DNA of 64,000 nt, taken from NCBI GenBank assembly GCA_039589315.1, contig JBDHHQ010000001.1, forward strand, positions 64,001-128,000. Direction: 5' to 3'. Position 1 is the first letter of the stretch. The number at the start of each line of letters is the position of its first letter. The translations under genes and the position numbers were made by a program. Of this stretch, positions 21,056 to 30,801 are shown piece by piece. The DNA is from Gemmatimonadota bacterium (GTDB lineage: Bacteria > Gemmatimonadota > Gemmatimonadetes > Longimicrobiales > Gaopeijiaceae). A model generated the notes under the pieces. It was not told where the DNA came from. It did no database searches and worked only from the letters and a program-made list of their open reading frames with translations.

Positions 21056-21579
21056 GTCTCCTCTGGGTCCGGGTCCTGGCTGACTGCATGGGGTTGGCTG
21101 AGGGCTCGTGCCCCCTCCCGCACGGCCCGTACGGTCGAGGCCGTGTCGATGAACAGTCCCTCGGCCTCCGACTGGACGACCTCGAGGAGCGCGTTGAACT
21201 CCTCGATTCGTTCTTCGACACGATCGGAGGCCTGGTTGAGCCGTGCCGTGAGCGATGCCACCGACCCGTGGACCCGCTCCAGGTCCTCCCGGAGGACCGC
21301 GGTCATGTACGTGACGTTGTCCGCGGCGGTCTGGGCGCGTGTGGCCACTGGCAGCACGTGCTTGCGCGCGTCGGCCATGAGCCGGTTCGAGAGGATCACG
21401 AGCCGCCGCATCTGCACCATCGCGCCGATGGTGAGCACGACGAGCACGGCGAGGAGGATCGCGATGACGACTGTCGACACCTGCGCCCACATCTCCAACT
21501 GGGCGGCGGCGGGAACGAACACCACGGTGTCGGCCTGCACGGCGGCCGGGTTCCACGGGACCAGGAGTAGCTGCGTCAT
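21052..21579 (-). CDS. DUF948/YtxG-like membrane-anchored coiled-coil protein
   Basis: One TM segment followed by long heptad-like helical region. Confidence 0.7.
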   Translation of the reverse strand: MTQLLLVPWNPAAVQADTVVFVPAAAQLEMWAQVSTVVIAILLAVLVVLTIGAMVQMRRLVILSNRLMADARKHVLPVATRAQTAADNVTYMTAVLREDLERVHGSVASLTARLNQASDRVEERIEEFNALLEVVQSEAEGLFIDTASTVRAVREGARALSQPHAVSQDPDPEET

Positions 21580-22024
21580 GGAAGGAGTCTACGACGAAAC
21601 GCGCCCCAGGGTCCAGACGCACGGGTCGAAGGCCTCGGCTATCCCGGAGCGAGGCTGGGACGATCCGGGGCAAGCCGTAGCGCATCGAGACGAGCAGTCG
21701 GGATTCCGCGACCAACGCCGCAACGTCGGACGAGGTCAGAACTCTTTGCGAGAGAATGATATGGATGATCGCGCGGCGTGACGCGAGGGCTTCGCCGGGC
21801 CGGCACGGGGACTGCAATGGCACGGGGGTGCACGGGTTGGCCGCTCCCCTCCGGGGTGTTCGCGAGGGGTTGCCCGACGAAGCCCCCCCGGGAGGGGAAG
21901 GAGGACCCACATGAGTCGGTTGCTGAGGGCCCCGGGGCCCGGATATGTTCGTGCCGATTCAACGGCGATCCACCCCGCACCCGCCGGGGACACCCGCCCG
22001 CCTTCATCCCGGTCCGGTCTCGAC

Positions 22025-23305
22025 ATGCCCAGCTTCGTCGTCGACGGCGGCCGCCCTCTGGACGGAGAGGTGCGCCCCGCCGGCAACAAGAACGCCGCTC
22101 TTCCGGCCCTGGCCGCCACCGTCCTCACGGACCAGCCGGTCACCTTGTCCAACATCCCTCGCATTCGCGACGTGGAGACCTTCCTGGAGATCGTGGTGGC
22201 GCTGGGCGCCGACGCGACCTGGGAGGCCTCGAACACCGTGCGGGTCGATGCGTCCGGGGTCACCGTGGGCAAGCCCGACCCGCAGCTGGCCAAGCGCGTG
22301 CGTGCCTCCCTGCTGCTGGCCGGGCCGCTCCTCGCCCGCTTCGGGCGGGTGAGCTTGCCGCCTCCGGGTGGCGACGTGATCGGGCGGCGTCGTCTGGACA
22401 CGCATTTCCTGGCGTTCGAGGCGCTGGGCGCCAGCGTCACCCTCAACGGCGGCTTCGAGATCGAGGCCGACCGGCTGCGAGGCGCCAACCTCTTCCTGGA
22501 CGAGCCGTCGGTGACCGGGACCGAAAACGCCCTGATGGCCGCCGTCCTCGCGGACGGGGTCACGGTCATGCGTAACGTCGCGGCCGAGCCCCACGTCCAG
22601 GACCTCTGCCACCTGCTGAACGCCATGGGGGGCCGGATCGAGGGCATCGGGACGAACACGCTGCGGGTGGAGGGGGTCCCGTTCCTGGGCGGTGCCGACT
22701 TCGCCATCGGCGCGGACCACATCGAAACGGGATCGTTCATGGGACTGGCGGCCGTGACCGGCAGCCGGATCACCGTGAAGGACGCGCCACTGGAGCACAT
22801 GGACTCCACGCTTCTCGGGTTCCGCCGACTCGGCCTCGAGTGCTCGACTCAGGGCAACGACCTGGTGGTGCACGGCGATCGAGACCTGGTGGTTCGACGG
22901 GACGCCTTCGGCCACGTGCCCAAGGTGGACGACGGCCCGTGGCCGGCGTTTCCCGCCGACTTGACCTCCATCGCCCTGGTCACCGCCGTCGTTTCGTCCG
23001 GGACCGTCCTCATTCACGAGAAGATGTTCGAGTCCCGCATGTACTTCACCGACAAGCTCGTCGGCATGGGAGCCCAGATCATCCTGTGTGACCCGCACCG
23101 GGCGGTCGTCGTGGGTCCGGCCCAACTCCGGGGGCAGACGCTGGAGAGCCCGGACATCAGGGCGGGCATGGCGCTCCTCATCGCCGCCCTGGGCGCCGAA
23201 GGGAGGAGCCGGATTCACAACATCGGGCAGATCGAGCGTGGCTACGAGCGGATCGACGAGCGCCTGAGAGCTCTCGGTGCCGCCATCGAGCGCCTGGAGG
23301 AGTAG
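22025..23305 (+). CDS. murA: UDP-N-acetylglucosamine 1-carboxyvinyltransferase
   Basis: GNKNAALP, RASLLLAGPLL, PGGDVIGRR, SVTGTEN, WPAFPADL, DIRAG, IERGYE; alternative start ATG 21911. Confidence 0.96.
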   Translation: MPSFVVDGGRPLDGEVRPAGNKNAALPALAATVLTDQPVTLSNIPRIRDVETFLEIVVALGADATWEASNTVRVDASGVTVGKPDPQLAKRVRASLLLAGPLLARFGRVSLPPPGGDVIGRRRLDTHFLAFEALGASVTLNGGFEIEADRLRGANLFLDEPSVTGTENALMAAVLADGVTVMRNVAAEPHVQDLCHLLNAMGGRIEGIGTNTLRVEGVPFLGGADFAIGADHIETGSFMGLAAVTGSRITVKDAPLEHMDSTLLGFRRLGLECSTQGNDLVVHGDRDLVVRRDAFGHVPKVDDGPWPAFPADLTSIALVTAVVSSGTVLIHEKMFESRMYFTDKLVGMGAQIILCDPHRAVVVGPAQLRGQTLESPDIRAGMALLIAALGAEGRSRIHNIGQIERGYERIDERLRALGAAIERLEE

Positions 23306-23448
23306 ACGCCCGTCCGGCGGACGCGACCCGTGCGGCGCCGAGCGGAAACCTGGGCGCTCCCCGCTCCGTAGGCTCTTGTGACCGGCCGGCCGGAGAACGG
23401 AGACCGCAGGGACGCCTGCCTGACAGTGACCGACAACGGCAAGACGAC

Positions 23449-23850
23449 ATGACCGACGACAACAAGGGAAAGCGCGAGGGGATCCGGGACGGCCTTCGCC
23501 AGGGCGTGGGGGTCCTTTCGGCCTTCAAGGAGGCGATAGAGGAGACCATCGCCGAGGCGCGTGAGCGGGGTGACCTCAGGCCGGAGCGGGCCAAGGAGGC
23601 CATGCGCGGTGCCCTGGACAAGGCGCAGGAGGCGGCCGGGACGGCGCGGGAGCGTTTCGACTTCGTGACCCAGAAGGAGCTCGCCCAACTCGCCGAGACC
23701 GTGTCGGACCTGGTGCGCCGCGTCGCGATTCTGGAAGGCACCGGCGACGAGGGCACCGCCAGCCCCGACGAGGCCGCCGAGGCCCCGGGCGAGCTCGCGG
23801 ACGAGGGCACGGGAGCCCAGGCCGGGGAGGGAGATACCGCCAACACGTGA
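23449..23850 (+). CDS. Hypothetical protein, phasin-like amphipathic helical
   Basis: RGDLRPERAK...FDFVTQKELAQL...RVAILE pattern resembles PHA-granule-associated proteins; acidic tail. Confidence 0.6.
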   Translation: MTDDNKGKREGIRDGLRQGVGVLSAFKEAIEETIAEARERGDLRPERAKEAMRGALDKAQEAAGTARERFDFVTQKELAQLAETVSDLVRRVAILEGTGDEGTASPDEAAEAPGELADEGTGAQAGEGDTANT

Positions 23851-23866
23851 GGCCCGTGGCGTCACC

Positions 23867-23895
23867 TTGAAACGGCGCCCGGTCCTGACTATACT
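23867..23895 (+). promoter_or_regulatory. Sigma70 promoter of the rimP-nusA-infB operon
   Basis: TTGAAA-N17-TATACT. Confidence 0.75.
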
Positions 23896-23912
23896 ACTGT
23901 GCGGTAGGTGCG

Positions 23913-23972
23913 GCCGCCCGGGAGGCGGCATTTTTTGCGAGTGGGGGTGTTGGCGGCCCCCGCTTTTTTATT
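23913..23972 (+). promoter_or_regulatory. rimP leader with two terminator-like hairpins
   Basis: GCCGCC/GGCGGC then ATTTTTT; GTGGGGG/CCCCCGC then TTTTTT. Confidence 0.65.
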
Positions 23973-23997
23973 CCCGTCGGCCCGGGCGGGAGGCGAG

Positions 23998-24483
23998 ATG
24001 CGAAAGCCGGTGCCGGAGGTGGAGCTCGAGCTCGAGGCCCGTGTGGAGGGCCTCGGCTACGAGCTGGTCGCGTTGGAGTGGGGCGGTTCGAAGAACCGAC
24101 CGCTGCTCCGGCTCCGGATCGACGTGCCGGGCGCGTCTCCGGGGCAGGGCGTGACCGTGGACGACTGCACCCGGGTGAGCCGAGCGCTGGAGGCCTGGTT
24201 GGACGGCGTCGAGGCTCTGCCGGAGCGATACGTGCTCGAGGTTTCGTCGCCCGGGCTCGACCGGCCGTTGGTACGGGACCGGGACTTCGAGCGCTTCCGG
24301 GGTGAGTGGATCGCGGTAAAGGGCAGGACGGTCCTGGCGGAACGCGCCCGTCGGCTGGAGGGCGAGTTGCTGGGGATGGACGCTGAAAAAAGGGCGGTGC
24401 GCCTGAAGCTCCAGGACGGAGCGGAGGTCTCCATTCCGAAGGGGGAGATCACGGGGGCGCACCTGGTGTTTCGCTGGGATTGA
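23998..24483 (+). CDS. rimP: Ribosome maturation factor RimP
   Basis: GVTVDDCTRVSR, YVLEVSSPGLDRPL. Confidence 0.95.
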   Translation: MRKPVPEVELELEARVEGLGYELVALEWGGSKNRPLLRLRIDVPGASPGQGVTVDDCTRVSRALEAWLDGVEALPERYVLEVSSPGLDRPLVRDRDFERFRGEWIAVKGRTVLAERARRLEGELLGMDAEKRAVRLKLQDGAEVSIPKGEITGAHLVFRWD

Positions 24484-24612
24484 CCTGGCGATAGGGCCCT
24501 CCCGGCGACGAGACGCGTTGCCGTGGGGGCCTTCGATACGGAGCGAGGGGTCAGGGGCCTGCGACCCGCACGTCACGAGCGGACAGGGCCCAACAAGGGG
24601 GAGCAAAAGACC

Positions 24613-26100
24613 ATGGACAGTGGCCAGATCATCGCGGCCTTCCGCGACATTGCAGCCACGAAGAGTCTTTCGCCCGACGAGATGCACGACCTGATCCGCG
24701 ACGGGATCATGGCCGGTCTCGCACGGATCCACGGGCCGAACGTCGAGGCCGAGATCGAGATCGACGAAGACACCGGCGAGTTCAGTATCGTCGTGCTGCG
24801 CCGGGTCGTGGAAGAGGTGGAGGACCCGTCGACGGAGATCTCGTTGGAAGAGGCCCACTGGGACGATCCCACCTACGAGGTGGGAGACATCATGGAGATT
24901 CCCGTGGACTTCGCGCAGTTCGGCCGCAACGCGGTCATGGCCGTCAAGCAGCGCATCGTGCAGCGCGTCCGCGAAGGCGAGCGCCAGCGCATCCGCGACG
25001 AATACGAGGATCGCGTGGGCGAGCTGCTCTCGGGAGAGGTGCAGCAGGTCGAGCGCGGCAAGATGGTCGTGATGCTCAATCGGACCCGTGACGCTGACGC
25101 CATCATCCCCTGGAAGGAACAGAACCCACGGGAGCGCTTCCGCCAGGGTGATCCCATCAGGGCGGTGCTCAAGAAGGTGGACGAAACGCCCAAGGGGCCA
25201 CGGTTGATCCTCTCGAGGGCCGACCCGCTGTTCGTCGCGGCGCTCTTCAAACTGGAGGTGCCGGAGATCTATCAGGGGATCGTGGAGATCAGGCAGCTGG
25301 CCCGGGAAGTCGGAGGCCGGACCAAGATGGCCGTCTCCAGCCGGGACGACTCCATCGACCCGGTTGGAGCCTGCGTCGGGTTGAAGGGCTCGCGGGTGCA
25401 GGCCGTGGTGTCGGAGTTGAACGGCGAGCGCATCGACATCGTGCCGTGGCACCCGGACCCCGAGGTGTTCGCCCGCCGTGCGCTGGCGCCCGCCCGGGTA
25501 TCCAAGGTCATGAGCGACCATCAACGGCAGGTCATCACCTCCATCGTCGACGAGGACCAGCTTTCGCTGGCCATCGGCCGGAACGGACAGAACGTACGGC
25601 TCGCCTCCCAGCTCATCGGTTGGCAGATCGACCTGTACGGGTCACGGGAGTGGCTCGAGCGCGGCGCGGACCTGTCGCTCTTCGGCGGCGGCGAGGAAAC
25701 GATGGAGATGGCCGACTTCCCGTTGGCCGAGCTCGAGCTGGAGGCGGCGACTCTGGCGGCCCTGGAATCGGCCGGGTATAGTACGTTTCTTGACATCATC
25801 GACCTCGAGAGGGGCGATCTGCTGCAGGTTGAGGGACTTGGAGAGGAAGAGGCGGATCGCATCCTGGGACTCATCGACGAGCTGACCGTCGTCGAAGGGG
25901 AGCCCAGCGAGGTCGCCGCTGGCGACGTTATCGGCGAAACCGAAGCGTCCGGGTCCGAAGCGGACGCGGACGCTTCCGAGTCGGAGGGTGTGGAGGCTCT
26001 TGTCGCCGGCGAATCGGTGGCGGCGGGTGAGGAGACGGAGCCCGAGGTCACCGAGGAGGCGACGGTTGCCGCCGAGGAGTCGCAGAAAGAGACCGGCTGA
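24613..26100 (+). CDS. nusA: Transcription termination factor NusA
   Basis: FGRNA, EVPEI, DPVGACVG, ELNGERIDI, LAIGRNGQNVRLA; acidic tail. Confidence 0.97.
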   Translation: MDSGQIIAAFRDIAATKSLSPDEMHDLIRDGIMAGLARIHGPNVEAEIEIDEDTGEFSIVVLRRVVEEVEDPSTEISLEEAHWDDPTYEVGDIMEIPVDFAQFGRNAVMAVKQRIVQRVREGERQRIRDEYEDRVGELLSGEVQQVERGKMVVMLNRTRDADAIIPWKEQNPRERFRQGDPIRAVLKKVDETPKGPRLILSRADPLFVAALFKLEVPEIYQGIVEIRQLAREVGGRTKMAVSSRDDSIDPVGACVGLKGSRVQAVVSELNGERIDIVPWHPDPEVFARRALAPARVSKVMSDHQRQVITSIVDEDQLSLAIGRNGQNVRLASQLIGWQIDLYGSREWLERGADLSLFGGGEETMEMADFPLAELELEAATLAALESAGYSTFLDIIDLERGDLLQVEGLGEEEADRILGLIDELTVVEGEPSEVAAGDVIGETEASGSEADADASESEGVEALVAGESVAAGEETEPEVTEEATVAAEESQKETG

Positions 26101-26104
26101 CGGC

Positions 26105-26425
26105 CTGGCGCTGTTGGGTTTGGCACAGCGGGCCGGCGCCCTGGCTCGGGGTGGCGAGGCGACGCGCCGCGCTATCCAGAAGGGTGAGGCACGGCTGGTC
26201 GTGCTGGCCGAGGACGCGTCTCGGACACAGTTGGACAAGATCCTGAAAGCGATGAAGGGCCGATCTGTCGATCGGAGGTTCGTGCCGAGTCGGAGCCAGT
26301 TGGGCGCCGCGCTTGGAGTCGCGCCACTCTCTGCGGTGGCCGTGACCGAGCGGGCGTTCGCTCGGCAGTTGGCGCGAACGCTCGAGTCGGACGGCGGAAC
26401 TGCCGTCCCGACCCATTCGAAGTAG
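26105..26425 (+). CDS. L7Ae/L30e family protein (YlxQ-like)
   Basis: LLGLAQRAG, ARLVVLAEDAS, LGAALG; between nusA and infB; start uncertain (CTG 26105 or TTG 26114). Confidence 0.8.
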   Translation: MALLGLAQRAGALARGGEATRRAIQKGEARLVVLAEDASRTQLDKILKAMKGRSVDRRFVPSRSQLGAALGVAPLSAVAVTERAFARQLARTLESDGGTAVPTHSK

Positions 26426-26443
26426 CGGAGGTAGTACGAACGC

Positions 26444-29104
26444 ATGCGGGTCAGCGAGCTAGCAACAGACCTCGGGGTAGGGGGAAGCGCCCTGCTCCGT
26501 CTCCTTCGGGAGATGGGTATCCCCGTTGCCGATCAGAGTGCTCCGGTGTCGGACGCCGACGTGTCACGCGTGTTGGCACGGATGGAGCGTGAGCGACGGG
26601 CCGGCCACGAGCGTCCGGGCGAGGCGCTCCAGGCGGCCATCGAGGACTCGAAGACGGCGCCCCGGCGGCGGCGGCGCCGCCGCTCGGTGCCGGAGCCCGA
26701 GCCGGAGCTCGTGGTCGAAGAACCCGAGGTCGATGAAGCCGAGCTCGAGTTGGCCGGCGAGGCCGCGGACGAAGAGACGGTCGGTGCCGAGGCGCCCGAG
26801 CCGACGGAGCCCGAGCCGGTCGCCGTCGAAGAACCCCCGGTAGACGTCCCGGTGGCCGAAGCGCCGGCTGAGGAGGAGCCGCCGGTCGAGGAGGAGTTCG
26901 AGCCCGAGCCTGCCGTGGAGGTCGAGGCGGTCCTGGAGGCTGAGCCCGAAGCCGCGGAGACGGCCGCGGCGAAGCCCGCCTCGGTGCGTGAGCTCGTGGG
27001 CGAAGCCCGCCCGGGCCGGCGGACCATGAAGCAGGACGCCGCGCCCGAGCGCAAGCCGACCCCTGCGGCGAGCGCCGCCCCCGGTGGGCAGGTCCGCATC
27101 CAGGCCGAGGGATACACCACGGACGGCCGCCGCAAGAGCGGCGTGAAGAAGAAGGGCAAGAAGCGGGGACGGGTCGACAAGGAGGCGGTGCAGGAGAACA
27201 TCCAGCGGGTCATGGCCGAGCTGAAGGGCGGCGGTGGCGGCAAGAAGCGCCGCAAGGCCCGTCAGGCGGCCCAGGTCCGGGAAGAGCGAGAGTTGGCGGC
27301 CGAGGAGGCCCGGCAGGAAGCCGAGCGGGAGGCCCAGACGGTCAAGGTGAACGAGTTCCTGACCGTGGCCGAGCTCGCGGAGCTGGTGGACGTGTCGTCC
27401 ACCGAGATCATCGGCTCGGCGTTCAAGAACCTGGGCATGATGGTCACCATCAACCAGCGCCTCGACTTCGACCAGATCGAGCTCCTCCTGGACGAGTTCG
27501 GCATGGCGGCCGTACGGGAAGAGGAGTACGGTACCGAGGCCGAGGTCGAGGAAGTGGAGGAGGACCGAGCCGAGGACCTGCAGCCCAGGCCGCCGGTCGT
27601 CACGGTCATGGGCCACGTCGACCACGGGAAGACGCTGCTCCTGGACTCGATTCGGAAGACCAACGTGGTCGCAGGCGAGGCAGGAGGCATCACGCAGCAC
27701 ATCGGTGCCTACCACGTACAGCTTCCGGACAGCCGGACGATCAGCTTCCTGGATACACCGGGACACGCCGCCTTTACGGCCATGCGGGCCCGCGGGGCCG
27801 ACGTGACCGACATCGTCGTCTTGGTCGTGGCAGCGGACGACTCGGTCATGCCCCAGACCATCGAGGCCATCAGCCACGCCAAGAATGCCGGTGTGCCGCT
27901 GATCGTGGCCGTGAACAAGATCGACCTGCCTGCTGCCGATCCGCTGAAGGTCAAGCAGGAGCTCCTCCAGCACGAGGTGACGCTCGAGGACTTCGGTGGT
28001 GATGTGCTGAGCGCCGACATCAGCGCCAAGACGGGGCAGGGGATCGACGATCTGCTCGACAAGATCCTGCTCCAGGCCGAGCTGTTGGAGCTCAAGGCCA
28101 ACCCCGACCGACCTGCTCAGGGGACCGTCATCGAGGCCAAGCTGGACGTGGGGAAGGGGCCCGTCGCCAGCGTCCTCGTGCAGCGGGGCACGCTGCGTGT
28201 CGGTGACAACTTCGTGGTCGGTCAACACGACGGGCGGGTCAGGGCCCTCCTCGACGAGCGCGGTCAGACCGTGACCGCGGCCGGGCCCGGCATTCCGGTC
28301 CAGGTGTTGGGCGCAGGAGGGGTTCCCCAGGCCGGGGACACCATGAGCGTGATGGAGGCCGAGAAGGCGACCGAGATCGCGACGGCCCGACAGCGCCTCG
28401 AGCGGGAGAAGCAACTTCGCATCAGGGAGCGCGGGTTCAAGCTGGGCGACTTCTCGCAGCTCCGTGCCGAGGGCCAGGTCAGCACCCTGCCGTTGATCAT
28501 AAAGGCCGACGTGGACGGCTCGGTGCAGGCTCTCTCGGATGCGCTGGAGCAGCTGAGCACCAGCGAGGTTCAGGTCGACATCATCCATCGTGCCGTCGGG
28601 GCCATCAACGAGGAGGATGTCCTCCTCGCCCAGACGGGTCGCGCCGTGATCATCGGCTTCCGGGTTCGCCCGCACACCAACGCGCGGCAGATGGCCGAGC
28701 GGGACGACATCGACATCCACGTCTACGACGTCATCTACGACGCCGTGGACGAGGTGCGGTCTGCCCTGGAGGGCATGCTGGCACCGGAGCGGCGGGAGAA
28801 GATCCACGGAGCCGCGGAGGTCCGGGAGATCTTCAAGATCACCAAGGTGGGGACCATCGCCGGGTGTCATGTGATCGAAGGCGTCATCGACCGGAAGGGC
28901 AGGGCCAGGCTCATCCGGGACGGCATCGTCGCGTACGACGGCGAGCTCGCGTCGCTCAAGCGGTTCAAGGACGACGTGAAGGAGGTTCGGGAGGGCTTCG
29001 AGTGCGGGATCGGGATCGCCAACTACAACGACGTCAAGGTCGGCGACATCATCGAGTGCTACACGGTGGAGGAGTTCGCGAGGACGCTGGCCGGGACCAC
29101 CTGA
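26444..29104 (+). CDS. infB: Translation initiation factor IF-2
   Basis: [47 protein letters not shown]. Confidence 0.98.
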   Translation: MRVSELATDLGVGGSALLRLLREMGIPVADQSAPVSDADVSRVLARMERERRAGHERPGEALQAAIEDSKTAPRRRRRRRSVPEPEPELVVEEPEVDEAELELAGEAADEETVGAEAPEPTEPEPVAVEEPPVDVPVAEAPAEEEPPVEEEFEPEPAVEVEAVLEAEPEAAETAAAKPASVRELVGEARPGRRTMKQDAAPERKPTPAASAAPGGQVRIQAEGYTTDGRRKSGVKKKGKKRGRVDKEAVQENIQRVMAELKGGGGGKKRRKARQAAQVREERELAAEEARQEAEREAQTVKVNEFLTVAELAELVDVSSTEIIGSAFKNLGMMVTINQRLDFDQIELLLDEFGMAAVREEEYGTEAEVEEVEEDRAEDLQPRPPVVTVMGHVDHGKTLLLDSIRKTNVVAGEAGGITQHIGAYHVQLPDSRTISFLDTPGHAAFTAMRARGADVTDIVVLVVAADDSVMPQTIEAISHAKNAGVPLIVAVNKIDLPAADPLKVKQELLQHEVTLEDFGGDVLSADISAKTGQGIDDLLDKILLQAELLELKANPDRPAQGTVIEAKLDVGKGPVASVLVQRGTLRVGDNFVVGQHDGRVRALLDERGQTVTAAGPGIPVQVLGAGGVPQAGDTMSVMEAEKATEIATARQRLEREKQLRIRERGFKLGDFSQLRAEGQVSTLPLIIKADVDGSVQALSDALEQLSTSEVQVDIIHRAVGAINEEDVLLAQTGRAVIIGFRVRPHTNARQMAERDDIDIHVYDVIYDAVDEVRSALEGMLAPERREKIHGAAEVREIFKITKVGTIAGCHVIEGVIDRKGRARLIRDGIVAYDGELASLKRFKDDVKEVREGFECGIGIANYNDVKVGDIIECYTVEEFARTLAGTT

Positions 29105-29192
29105 AGACCGGAGAGGGCCCCGAGCCGACTCCGGATCGACTGGCCGACGTGACCACCGCATGCATCGGGCTTCTGGTGGGAGGTAGGAGCCG

Positions 29193-29474
29193 TTGATCGT
29201 CGGCGTGCTCTCCTGGCAGCTTTCCCTACCCGGGTGCGGGTCCTTGAAGGAGAAGCGCTCGGTCGTACGGTCTCTCAAGGAACGCCTGAAGCATCGCTTC
29301 AACGTGTCCGTGGCCGAGACCGGCCATCAGGACGTCTGGAACCGTGCCGAGATCACGGTGGCCATGGTGGCGGCCGATCGCCGGTTCGCCGAATCGGTCA
29401 TGGACAAGCTCGACTATTTCGTGGCCGGGAACGGACGGGCCATCGTCCTCGACACCTTCCGCGAGCTGTACTGA
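29193..29474 (+). CDS. DUF503 family protein (YlxP-like)
   Basis: SLKEKRSVV, FNVSVAE..HQD; between infB and rbfA. Confidence 0.9.
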   Translation: MIVGVLSWQLSLPGCGSLKEKRSVVRSLKERLKHRFNVSVAETGHQDVWNRAEITVAMVAADRRFAESVMDKLDYFVAGNGRAIVLDTFRELY

Positions 29475-29518
29475 CCGCATGAGTCTCGCCCCGCCCGGGC
29501 GGAGAGAAGCCAACATCC

Positions 29519-29914
29519 ATGTCGACCAAGCGGCTCGCCCGCCTGAACGAACAGATCAAGCGGGAGATCTCCGAGATCCTCCGGCGTGACGTGCGTGATC
29601 CCCGCGTAGGCGCGGTGACCGTCACGCGCGTCGAGGTATCGGGCGACCTCTGGGTGGCCCGCGTGTTCGTGCGTCTCGCCGGAGCCGTTGAGGAACGGGG
29701 TGAGGGCCTGGCGGGCCTGGAGGCGGCCGCGCCCTTCATGCGGCGACTGCTCGGCCGCGAGCTCCACATCCGTCGCGTGCCCGAGCTCCATTTCCGCGAG
29801 GATCGGGCCCTCGACCACGCCACCCGCATCGACCGGATCTTGAAGGACCTGTCCGTACCCCCCGCCGAGGACGACGGCGCCGGGTCCGACGGTGACGGGG
29901 GCACCGACGCATGA
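29519..29914 (+). CDS. rbfA: Ribosome-binding factor A
   Basis: VRDPRV, VTRVEVSGDL..ARVFV, RRVPELHF. Confidence 0.95.
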   Translation: MSTKRLARLNEQIKREISEILRRDVRDPRVGAVTVTRVEVSGDLWVARVFVRLAGAVEERGEGLAGLEAAAPFMRRLLGRELHIRRVPELHFREDRALDHATRIDRILKDLSVPPAEDDGAGSDGDGGTDA

Positions 29915-30801
29915 AGCCGCCGTCCCCGGGAGGCGTGATCCGGGTGGACAAGCCCGCCGGGCCCACGTCCCACGACATCGTGGCGCGAGCGCGTCGAGCG
30001 CTCGGCGTGCGGCGCATCGGGCACACCGGAACCCTCGACCCGTTCGCGTCGGGTCTCCTGCTACTTTGCGTGGGGCCCGCGACGCGGCTGGCCGAATACC
30101 TCACCGGGCTGGACAAGACCTACCTGGCCACCGCCGTCATGGGGCAGTCCACCGACACCGACGATCTGGAGGGCGAGGTCGTTCGGGTGAGCGAGGCATG
30201 GCGGGAGCTGGACGTTGCCCACATCTCCGAAGCCCTGTCCGAGTTCGTCGGGCTGATCGAGCAGGTGCCACCGGCGTTCTCCGCCAAGAAGGTGGGAGGA
30301 GAGCGCATGTACCGGCGGGCCCGCCGAGGCGAGACTGTGCGTCTCGACCCCGCCTCCGTCCAGATCCATGAGGCGCGGGTGCTCGGCGTGGACCTGCCCG
30401 AGGTGAGGTTCGAGCTCAGCTGCTCGAGCGGAACCTACGTGAGAGCGGTTGCCCGGGACCTGGGTGAGCGCGTGGGCACGGGCGCACACCTGAAGGCCCT
30501 GCGACGCACGCGGATCGGTGCGTTCACCGTAGGAGACGCCGTATCCGGCGACGAGCTGCACGACGCGGCCGGCATGAAGGCAGCCTGGCTGGAGCCGGCG
30601 CGTGCGCTCCCTCATCTGCCCAAGGTGCGCGTCGGCGACGAGGAGGCGGCCCGCATCCGTCATGGACAGGCTGTACCGCTGGAGAGTGACGAACTCCCGG
30701 AAGGGGCAACGCTGGCCGTGCTCCACGACGACGAGCTGCTGTGCATAGCCACGAGTAGCGGCGGCCGCGTCCGCCCCCGTAAGGTCTTCGGTGATGGCTG
30801 A
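29911..30801 (+). CDS. truB: tRNA pseudouridine(55) synthase
   Basis: DKPAGPTSHD, GHTGTLDPFASG, CSSGTYVR. Confidence 0.96.
   Translation: MKPPSPGGVIRVDKPAGPTSHDIVARARRALGVRRIGHTGTLDPFASGLLLLCVGPATRLAEYLTGLDKTYLATAVMGQSTDTDDLEGEVVRVSEAWRELDVAHISEALSEFVGLIEQVPPAFSAKKVGGERMYRRARRGETVRLDPASVQIHEARVLGVDLPEVRFELSCSSGTYVRAVARDLGERVGTGAHLKALRRTRIGAFTVGDAVSGDELHDAAGMKAAWLEPARALPHLPKVRVGDEEAARIRHGQAVPLESDELPEGATLAVLHDDELLCIATSSGGRVRPRKVFGDG

Noticed and set aside
26690..26980. Repetitive GAG/CCG-rich DNA in infB
   Set aside because: Encodes the usual low-complexity Glu/Pro/Ala IF2 linker; not a repeat array or CRISPR
26564..29302. Very long antisense ORFs (e.g. 912 aa opposite infB, 676 aa opposite pnp, 811 aa opposite mrdA/rodA)
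   Set aside because: Shadow frames expected from high-GC codon bias; no recognisable motifs
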